Source: Chiloscyllium plagiosum (taxonomy: Eukaryota). Taken from it: a stretch of DNA of 57,698 bases. Below the pieces are notes generated by a model. It was not told the origin of the DNA. It worked only from the letters and a program-made list of their open reading frames with translations, and ran no database searches. The translations under genes and the position numbers were made by a program. Positions 47,400-57,698 of this stretch are shown in pieces. Each line of letters opens with the position of its first letter. Position 1 is the first letter of the stretch. The stretch is from positions 5,842,212 to 5,899,909 of the forward strand of contig NC_057758.1 of the NCBI RefSeq assembly GCF_004010195.1, read 5' to 3'.

Positions 47400-50300
47400 C
47401 AAGTGCCATGAAATTGGATGTCTCTGATCGAGTCGAGAAGAATCAGAACGAGGAGGTTGAGGAGGAAGAAGTCGTGGTGCACAATGGCACCAGTGACATA
47501 GCTAGGAAAAAGGATGAGGATCTAATAAGTGATTTCAAGGAGTTAGGTTTGAAGGTAAAAAGCAGGATGAGCAGGAAGGCAATCTCATGATTACTACCAG
47601 TGTCACGTGCTAGTGAGGCGAGAAACAGGGAGCAACTTAAGCTGAACAGTGGTTTCAGGGCTGGTGCAGGAAGGAGGTCTTCAGATAGGTAGTTAATTGT
47701 AGTACCTTCTGGGTAAGGTTAGACCTGTATATCAAGGACGTGTTGCCCTTAAACTGGAGGGACACCAATACCTTGGGTAGGAATTTTACCATAGAACGTC
47801 TGGACGGTTGAAACTCGTTTGGCAGGCAGATGATAATCATAGCAACATATCAGAGGACAGGATAAATGTTGAATGGGCAGAAATAGAATGCAGAGAGTCT
47901 GTTATGAAGGATACGCAACTGTTAGGGACAAAAACTGGGTTAAAGTGCGTCTGCTTCAATTCAAGGAATGTCAGGAGTAAGAGTGATGAAAATAGAGCAT
48001 GGATCATTACTTGTAACTACAATGTTGTGCCCTTTACAGAGACATGGATTTCACGGGGTGGGGTTGGGGGGTGGAGGGGGGCGGAATGATTGCTGGATGT
48101 TCCACAGTTTAGATATTTTAAAAATCAAGGAGAGGTGTGAAATAGCAGGGCAAGTAGCATTGTTAATTGTAGATGAGAATGCTATTGAGGGGGTGTTTGT
48201 CGACTGAATCAGTATGGGTGGAGAGCAGTAACAAGAAAGGAGCAGTCACTTCAGTGTGTGTTTTCTACAGACCCACCTAATAGGAGCAGAGAGATTAAAG
48301 AACAGATTAAATAGCACATACTGGAAAGACGCAGGTGCAACAGAGTTGTTCTTATGGGTGACTTCAACTTCCCCAATATTGCTTGGAATCTCCTTAGTGC
48401 TAATGGTCTCGATGGAAACGATTTTTGCAGGTGTGCCTGGAAGAATTCCTGACTCAACGTGTCGATATGTGGACTAGGGGGTGGCCATATTTGAATTGGT
48501 TCTTGGCAACGATCCAGGCCAGGTCTCAGATCTCTCGGTGGCAGAGCATTTTGGTGAAAGTGACCACAACTGACTCACCTTTACAAAAGCCATGGAGTGG
48601 GCTTGGACAGGCTGCATGGGAAGGAATTTGATGGGGTATGTGAAAATATTCTCTTATTAGACAGGAGCTGTGGAATACAAATTAGGAGCATCCTCTGCGG
48701 TCTGCACAACAGAAATGTGGAGGTCGTTTAAGGAACACTTACTGGATAACATTGTCCTTCTGAGACAGGCAAAGAATGGTAAGGTGACGCAGCTTTGATT
48801 GGCAAGTGAAGAGGAGCTTCTCGTTAAGGAGAAGGAGGAAACTTACTTAATTTTGAGGAAGAAGGCACTGGCAAAGCTTAAAAGGATTACGGGGTACCTC
48901 GCAATGTACTCAAAAATGGACAGAGGTGAGTTAGGAGGAGGAATGAGCAAGCATTGGTGGAAAGATTGCGGGAAAATGCAACGTCGTTCTATACTTATGT
49001 GAGGAATACCAGGATGACCAGAGAGTGTCAAGCCTATCAGGTAGCGTGGAGGGAACTTGTGCCTGGAATGTGTTGTCAAGATGAAAATGAAGGCTTCTCC
49101 AGAGATGAGCTGTGAAGGTTTGTTACGGGCGCTTCAGATTTACAAGTTAGGCAGGAAGGACAAAAAGAGAGAGTTAGGAAGGGCCTGGAGGGGATATGAG
49201 GAATCTTTGGCTGGTAGAATCAAGAAAAACACGAACGCTTGCAAGAGATATGCCAGGAATAAAAAAAAACTACATTAACCTGGGGGGCTGTCAGAGACGC
49301 TAGTGGAAAGTTGAACGTGGAGTGCGCGGAGACAGCAGAAGCACTAAATGAATAGCTTTCGCCAGTATTTACACTGGAACATGACAATGCTGTCGAGGAG
49401 AACGCTGACACACAAGCTCTCAGACATGTTGGAATTGATGTTCATAAGGAGAAGTTGTTACCAATTCTGGAAAGTGTGTAAGTAGATAAGTCCTCTGGTT
49501 GGGAAGGTATTTATCCGTGTATTTTCTGGGAAGATCGGGAGGAGATTGCTGAATTTTTGGCTTCGATATTTATGTCATCAGTTTCTACAGGAATAGTGCC
49601 AGAAGACTGAAAAATAGCAGAATTTTTCCCCTGTTAAGAAGCGGAGTAGAAACAATTCTCATAATCATCGACCAGTGAGCTTACTTCGGTTGTGTGTAAA
49701 ATGTTGGAAAGGATTATTACACATAGGTTTTATAATAATATAGAAAGGAATAATTTTCATTAGGGATCGTCAGCAAGGTTTTGTGAAGTGGAGGTAGTGC
49801 CTCACAAATCTTATTGACTTCTTTGAGAAGGTAACCAAACAATTGTCTAAGGGTAAAACGGTTTATGTGATGTATGTGGATTTCAGTAAAGCGTTGGATA
49901 ACATGAATAGTGGTGAAGGGTATTGCAGGTTGCAGAGGGACCAAGATAAAACGTAGATCTGGACTAAACTGTGGCAAATACAGTTTAATGGAGAAAAGTG
50001 TGAGGTGATTCACTTTGGAAGGAGCAAGGCTTGAAAGCTTGAAGGCTAGAAAAAGCTTGATATTAAGAAAGTGAATATGCTGTATACTCTGGGAAGCATA
50101 TTAGATAGATTAATCCCCAGAGCCGGACCAGGTACATCCAAGGTTAGTGTGGGAAGAGAACAATAAGATTGCAGCGCCATTGGTGATTATGTTTGCATCC
50201 TCAGTCTCCACGGGAATTGTACCAGATGATTCGAGGGTGGCGAATTTGTTCCTCTGTTCAAGAAAGGGAATGGGGAAATCCCTGTGAATTGCACACCAAT

Positions 50301-51555
50301 CAGTCTTACGTCACTGTTATCTAGGTTACTGGATAAAATTTTGTGTGATAGGGTTTATGACTATTTAGAAAAACATAACTTGATTATAGACAGTCAAAAC
50401 GGCGTGTGAGAGCAGGTCATGCCTAAGAAGCCTTATGGATTTCTTTGAGAATGTGATGAGACAAGTTGACATATGGCGAGCAGTGTATGCCTTGTATATG
50501 TATTTCAGTAAGAGATGAGATAAGGTTCCCCACGTTAGGTTGATTCAGAACGTTAGGAGGTATGGGATAAACGGAAGCGTGGCTGTCTGGATACCGAATT
50601 GGAAGGCCAAAATAAGGCATCGACTGGTAGTGGATGGAAGGTATTCTGCTTTGAGGTCCGTGGCCAGTGATGACCTTCAGGGATCTGTTCTTGAGCCTCT
50701 GCTCTTTGACTTTTTTACAGATGACTCGGATGAGGAAGTGGAAGGGTGGGTTAGTAAGTTTGCCGATGACAAAAAGGTTGGTGGTATTGTTGATAATGTT
50801 GAAGGATGTTGCAGGCGACAACGAGACATTCACAGGATTCAAAGCTGGTCTGAGAAGTGGCAGATGGAGTTCACCAGAATGAACGTAAAGTGATTCATTT
50901 TGGAACTTCGAATTTGTATGCTGAATACAGGGAGAAAGACTGAATTTTTGGGAGTGTGGAGGAACAGCGGGATCCTGGGGTCCACGGACACATGTTGCTG
51001 TACAAATGGATAGCTTTGTTAAGAAGGCTTATGGTGTTTTGGCTTTCATTAACAGAGGGATTAAGTTTCCGAGCAGCGAGGCTTTGCTGCAGCTCCACTA
51101 AAGCTTGGTTAGACCACACTAAGAATATTGCGTTCAGTTCTGGTCACCTCATCATCGGAAGAATGTAGATGTTATCGAGAGGGTGCAGCGGAGATTTTCC
51201 AGGGTGCTGCCTGGATTGGAGGGCTTGTCTTATGAAGGGAGGTTGAGTGATCTGGGGCGTTTCACTATTGAGAGAAGAAGGAAGAGAGGTGAATTGATAG
51301 AGGTGTGCAATGTAATGAGAGGAATACTTAGAGTAGAAAGCCAGAGACTTGTCCCGAGGACAGAAATGGCTATCACGTGGGGTCATATTTCGATGGTGAT
51401 TTGAACAAGGCATCGGGTACATGTCAGATGTTATTTTTTTCGGCAGAGAGGGTTTGGCGCATGGAATGGATTGCCAGCGGTGGTATTAGAGTCAGAGACA
51501 ATAGGAATATTTAAGGGACTGCTGCACAAGCACATTGATGGAAGTAAATTGGGGA
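47400..51555 (+). mobile_element. CR1 LINE mosaic (paralog of 20720-24830)
   Basis: EVVVHNGTSDIARKK, LKCVCFNSRNVRSKSDE, LQGSVLEPLLF..SKFADDKKVGG. Confidence 0.9.
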
Positions 51556-53489
51556 CGTGTAGTTTCGTTTGGTAGTAAATTAAGGCGGCACGGTGGCACA
51601 GTGGTTAGCTCTGCTGCCTTCTCCTAATTATGTCATTACTACCAAACAGTCCAAACAGAAAAGGCCGATGCATCCAGGAAAACTACACAGAAGCACAATA
51701 CTTTTTTTTCCAATTACATCGTTTCGCTTCCATGTGGTCAGTATTCCTCTATTCCCCGCTGCTCATATATCTCTCAATATACCTCTGGATCTTTACGTTT
51801 GTACCTGCCTCCACATCCGTCTATGGAAAACAAAAAAGCCTCTCAAGTGTCGTTTAAACTTACCACTTTTATCCTTAAACCTGTCGAGCTAGTAAATGAC
51901 GTTGCTAACCTGTGTGTTTCAGAAAATCACTGACTATCCATTCCCTTCGCGTAAATAATAACTATGTTGTCTTCTTTCAGTTTGACATTCATCGTTCGAC
52001 ATTCAAGAGAAGCAAACCAAGGTTGCCCAATCTTACTTCATTATGAATACCTGCAAACCAGATAACATCCTGGTAAAATGTTTCTATACTCTGTCCAAGG
52101 CGTCGTCTAAATATCGCCAAACTAATATTGTATCCAGTTCCAATATGATTTGCTAATTCAGCACTCGATACCTGGACTGATTAACTAATGATGTCGCATA
52201 CCCTCTTGTCAACCTTATCAAATTGTGCTCCCAAATTCAAAGAACTGTGGACCTTCCCGCCTCGACCCCTCGGAATTTAATAAGGATTCTGCTGTACAGT
52301 TTATTTACCAGTCTTCGCCTTTTTCTCCTTATTTTTAAACTTCATTTAATTTTACCCAATCCAGTAAAGTTTATGTCATTATGCATAGGGTGTTACTTTA
52401 TACATTTATCAACACAAATAAAGTTGCCGAAAAGAATTTCAGGTGACGAATAGGAAAAATGATGCCCAACGTCAAGGCGTACAATGGGGAGGAGAACGTG
52501 AGGACAACAGATACCAGAGCTTAGATTTACAATGGCATACAAGTTTTCTAAAGCACGAATCCACCTATTAGAGTCATACGACTGAGCTTGGCAGTACAGG
52601 GCAATCAAAACGGCGGAATCAACTATTCTTCTTACTTGTTGCTGGTCGCTCAAGTGCGGACTTAGTTGAAGAGTGGGATTTACCGAGGAGCGTGAGCAGT
52701 GACGAAATCAGAGTTCTCCTGAGTCTGGTGATTTTCAAAGGAAAGATATCGGATGCAGTTGAACCGAATTATCCTACTGTCAGATGGGGGAGATAAGGGA
52801 TCAATCAAATGCCTCTGACTACTATCGCTGCAGCAGGCGTGTCCGTTTGCAGATTCTCTCAAGATGGTTGAACCAGCAGATGCATATGCTGAGGGGCAGA
52901 CGAGCCGCAGACAGCGTGACAGATAATATCTTCAAAGAAGTGTTCACATCAACAGTTAAATACGTTCCAATATTATTTCATTTGCGGGACTTGGGCGTCC
53001 TTGTCTGGCCAGCATTTATTGCCCATCCCTCCGTGCTCTATGGAGGGTGGTGTGGGTTGTCGTTTTGAAACGCTGCACTCCATAAGCTTTCGGTTTGCCA
53101 ACAATGCTATGAGGCAGCGAATTCCTGGGTGACTGTTAGAAGAAGTAGGCAGGGAATATAGGTGTCATCCTGCTCTCAGTCAGGTAAAGCGTTTTGGACA
53201 CCACCAGGTAAAGATTGCCTCCCAGGGGAAAATAGCAGCAATAGCCAGTTTTGGGTAACTGCAACTGGCTCTGTCGTAAAGTCGACTGAGAAAGTATAAG
53301 CAAGCAATTGTTACAGGTGAATGACGTGGGCAGAAACAGGCATGTATGTGGGCTTGAGTGAGACTTCAGGATGATGTGTTGTTTCTCTGGTGCCAGTTTT
53401 AAAAATTCCCACATTGATTTTTGCAATTTCTCAAAAGGGAGCTTTAGCAACCAATGGCCATTGCACACATTGGTCTAAATAATGTAGGT

Positions 53490-55280
53490 AGATCATTACG
53501 ATTGGGGATGACTGGCTTCCACTCTCCAGCTGAGTCCATACGTGGCTGCACAGAATTTCACAGTTCTGTTACACTTCGGATCGTCACGCCACGTAATGGC
53601 TGTGGCATTTGTGTGGCAGTGTATTATGAAGACTGTTGTAACCTGGCTTCCACTCCCACCAGTAGTCACTACCGAAGTGTTTGATGCCTGTTTGGATGCA
53701 CTTCTTCCACTTTGTTTCGTCTTGGAACGAGCGTTCTTAAGTGTCTATGGGAATACCACACTTCACCAGTGAGACCTTAAGAGTATAATTGAAGCGTTTC
53801 CTCTGTTCATCTGTGTCACTGCTGTTGTTCTGAACCCAAAAATATACACCAATTGAGGAGTCCAGTGTCGGTCATGTGGATGAGGTTTCCATACATTTGT
53901 AGCTGATCAAGAGTGATCAGTGCCTGGATGCTGGCGAAAATGGCCTCGCCGAGGACACTGGTGTTCTTGTGGCGTTCTTCCCAGCGTATTCACTGGATCT
54001 TAATCAGACAGCATCGGTAGTTCTGCTCCAGCACTTTCTCATGTCTGTTTTAAGTAGTCTACATCTCAGAACCATATGAGACACTGGAAACAACCATAGC
54101 TCTGCGAATAATGATCTTGCTGTCGGATCTGATGTTGGTGTTCAGCAATGATATTACCTTGACTGGCACTGTTTCAAGCAAGAAATTGGTCGGTATTGGA
54201 GCTATTTGAAGTTGCAAACACTTTCATGTCATCGGGAACAGGCGAGGGATGGTGACAAACTTCCTGGTGCAAACAACGTGGTGAAAGATCTTGCTTCCCG
54301 TTTGACATTATTGAAGGCCTTTGCAAAATTAAGTAGATTATTTTCTCTGCAGATCTCTTGTGGCTGGCTGATGATGCTATTCATGACCGTATCCATGTCA
54401 CGTCGACAACCAGTGCCATTAGCTGCAGTTGCAGATGATGTGCGCGGTCCAGGGGACGCCTTAATGAAGTTTGACCACGACCAATAACCCAGGAGTTGCC
54501 CGTCATGAAAGAGATCCAGAACCACCCATGCATGAATGCAGACTTCAATTGCCTGAGGAAACGACTGATTGAGGACACCAACATCAGAATCCGGCAGCAA
54601 GATCATTATTTGCAGAGCTCTGGCCACATTTCAGAGACTAACTAATAAGGTCACTGCCGGATTACCCAAATGTGTTGAGTACATTGATGACGTCGTAATT
54701 ATTAGTCACTCATGGAACGAATTCTTGTTCTCAGTCATTGTGCCGAATTTTATTAGTGTAGCTGCTCCACTCGCTAAATTACTAAAGAAAGGCAAGACGT
54801 TTCAGTGAACAGCGGATTGTCAGGAGGCCTTTGACAGCCTGAAAACTGCGTTGACAGCTGCCATGGTATTAGCCACATCTGATGAAACAAATAGATGCCA
54901 GTGATGTGAGTATGAGTGCTTTGTTGCCGCAGGAAGATGATGAGAAGTTAGAAGGATCTACTGGGTATTTCACCACAAAGATTTAATGCTCATCAGCAAA
55001 ATATTCGATGGTTGACCAAGAGACTTTAAGCTTGCTAATGGCACGATAACAGTGTTTATAGTAACAGCAATGCAACTGAGACAATAGTACACACTGATCA
55101 AAACACATTGAAATTTGTGGAGAAATTTAAGGACAATAATTACAGAGTGTTTAGCTGGAGTTTGTTATTTCATCCAATCAATTTCAATATTATGCATGCG
55201 GCAGGTCGTGAGAAACGTGACTGCTGATCCATTGTCAAGACTCGAGTGAGAATCAGAGACGTTCAGTGGTGGGAGTATCA
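53490..55280. mobile_element. RTE LINE with inversion (53490-54619) plus gypsy RT/RNase H (54620-55280); paralog of 26760-28545
   Basis: Inverted repeat at 54098-54143 and 54573-54619; ATFQRLTNKVTAGLPKCVEYIDDVVII. Confidence 0.8.
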
Positions 55281-57617
55281 CAGACTGAATCTGAATGTAT
55301 TTGTGCATGCTTGCGTTTGTATAGTCAGTGTAATGTATATGTGTATATTAGAGCACTCACCAATTTTGAAGGGGTTTTAAAAGTGAAGCCAGCTTAGGAT
55401 ATGTCTGTTGTTCCTGACTTATGTGAGTAAACCTTACCTTCGGACATGAATGGTTTTCGAAGATCTGGCACTTCCTCCTGACATAATGTCGACGACTTTA
55501 TTGCAGTGAAAACTTTTTAACTTCAATTTCCACGTCATGGGTTTCCATCCCACTTGGTCGTAAGCTATTTTGAGTATCTTAACCGAAATCTATTGTTCCC
55601 TTACCACGTGAGGATTTCTCTTTTCCCAATTTCCTATCCCTCACAAACTGATTTTTTGTTGGAAGCCAAAATTTGATGTTTGATCCAGCTCAGAATTATC
55701 TGCCATTTCACCTGCTAATCTTCGTTTTTTTTTAACTCTCTGCTATTCCGCATGAGTTGCCATTACGTCAGGAAGTGAATTTTCGAATTCTTCCACAATA
55801 ATTATGTAAGAGCGTCATATGTTTGCTCTATTTTATTGCCCTTGCCCAATTTGCAACATTGTTTTGCTTCACCTTTGGAAATTATGTCGCTCCCGCAGCA
55901 TGACCCGCCCCCCCCCCCCCCGAACAGTGCCGTGCTCCCTTATCACTCACTCTCTGACAGTGCAGCTCTCCATCAGAACTGAGATTCCAACAATGCAGTT
56001 CCCCCACAGCAGTGCCACTCCCCCCAACCCCCAAGCTTTCTCAGCAGTTGCCCTCCAAGTGAGAAACACTCCACCCATTATACACTTGGTGAGATCCTTT
56101 CTAGAAAGCTATGTGTGGTTGTTTCTTCCAGATCTGGAGAAGGATGTTATGGCAATGTAACCAGTACCACGAAGTGTTACCAGAATGATTCATTGTATCG
56201 CAGAACTGATAAGTGAAGAGACATTTGACTAGTTAGGACTCGCTTCACCGGCTTTCATAGGAATGATCGATCCGAATCTTATGAAATTTTATTGGGACAC
56301 AGAAGAGGAAAGGAAGTGTGTTACGAATGATGAACAATCCAAAATCAGGAGGTAAATGTCTAAGGATATTTGGCGAAGTATTTGGCACTGAGATAATGAG
56401 AAATATTTTGACTAAAAATGTGGTCTGCCTGTGGAATTCTCTGTCAGACAAAACATTAGAAGCCGATATATTAAACGTATTTTAAATTTAAATAAATGAT
56501 TTAGGTAACCTATTTTAGGAGATTGAGATCAAAGGGCGTAGGTGAGATACTAGGAAAAAGAGATTGAGATGGATTGACAGCCATGGTCTAGTTGAATTTC
56601 GCAACTTCTGGAAGGTTTGAGTAGCCTCCTTCTGCCTATAATTTCAATGTTTTTACATTTGTGGACGATGACAACAGAGGTGGGAGATGATTGGCTTTAA
56701 CGGAACGTGACTACATTCTTTGAACTTACAGACAGTGTAGAGACTTCAAAGGATTTCCACTAACCAGCAATGACTGACGTCACGCTGAACGTCCATGAAA
56801 TGTGTTCAATCTCAACTCATCTCTCCAGTGCAATTCTCCTCATCTTCAGACAACGTTTTCCAATTGCACGTGGATCTGAAAGCTCCTTCTGGATATTATC
56901 CGACAATCAATGACTTGTATCTGCATGGGATTGATAGCTTGGCCAATGACATTTTGCATCTGTTTGTTAGGGAAGGTGAGCGGCGAATTGAGACATGGGA
57001 ACTGATCTAAAGTGGTTATAAATTTTCTTTGCTTTATTCTGATCTGCCCGCACGCGATGTATTCCTGAGATTGTGTCTCTGCCAGCGTAAATGTATATTG
57101 CGCAATGACTGTACTGACCCGAGACATGCGCGAGTTTCAAGTATTAGATTCAGGATACTGTGACAAAAATTGCCATTTGTCAATGTCTTCAGTGGTTTGC
57201 TGATCTCATTCGGTATGAAGAAAATTGACTATATATGTACCATTTCATATATAAGCAACTCAGAAGTCTCCGATGGATCATCCTCTGGACACTAACTACT
57301 GAACACTGTGCATGCAGCTTTATCCTGGGCTCCAGCGCTGATGTAACAATCAGGGATATTGTCTGTGACCTGCATGTTTGGCGAAATGTCGCAACTGTTC
57401 ATGGTTAATCTGATAGCATAAAAAAATCTCTTCAATGTGGATGGACTGCAAATACTTAATGGATGGCAACGATTGTGTGATCACTTGATCACCTCCCTGG
57501 ATGATCGCACTTCCGTGCAGCTTCAGCAGCAAGATTCCACACCTTCATGAATCCCGAGTGCATTGTTATAAATGTTGGGTCAAAAGTTTTTTTATTGTTG
57601 TTTAGAAATGACAGGGT

Positions 57618-57630
57618 GGAAACTGAAACT
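57618..57630. promoter_or_regulatory. Consensus ISRE/IRF site (paralog of 30882-30894)
   Basis: GGAAACTGAAACT. Confidence 0.45.
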
Positions 57631-57698
57631 GCTCCCTCTGAGGTAAAGGTCAATAGCGGCCTCTGTGGGCTATCTTATTATGTCACCAATGCCTTCTC

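Larger units (their letters stand above)
40228..57698 (+). repeat. Segmental duplication, copy 2 (continues past the window end)
   Basis: Colinear with 10597-30962 apart from the indels described; paired ORFs in the track, e.g. 30060-30275 and 56795-57010. Confidence 0.97.

Noticed and set aside
1..57698. Immunoglobulin or TCR locus (prompted by the octamer, CRE and leader-like exons)
   Set aside because: I found no V, J or C exon and no heptamer-spacer-nonamer RSS; the CACAGTG hits I checked are SINE heads or lack a nonamer (20586, 30570).
1..57698. CRISPR array or prokaryotic system
   Set aside because: No regularly spaced short repeats or operon-like gene density; the content is vertebrate retroelement sequence.

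Overview
Repeat-dense eukaryotic DNA, almost certainly from a cartilaginous fish (inferred from HE1/V-SINEs and HER1-like CR1 tails), with four assembly gaps. I find no intact protein-coding gene: the track ORFs are decayed transposon fragments or noise. Elements present are CR1-clade LINEs (ORF1 SGNH esterase, APE endonuclease, RT), several Penelope-like element (PLE) families carrying minimal hammerhead ribozyme motifs, Gmr1-type Ty3/gypsy remnants (integrase upstream of RT) with LTR pieces, an RTE LINE, a Rex/Babar-like LINE and tRNA-derived SINEs. The dominant structure is a direct segmental duplication: ~10597-30962 is repeated at ~40228-57698 and runs off the window end. The two copies differ by a SINE insertion, a short ribozyme-bearing PLE insertion, a ~3 kb deletion replaced by a PLE end, a probable template-switch mutation and a 264-bp identical tract. 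Possible host-gene traces are a signal-peptide-like exon (3481-3550, minus strand), a possible upstream non-coding exon, and a CRE/exon/ISRE cluster inside the duplicated unit. Element boundaries were placed by eye and are approximate unless junction bases are quoted.
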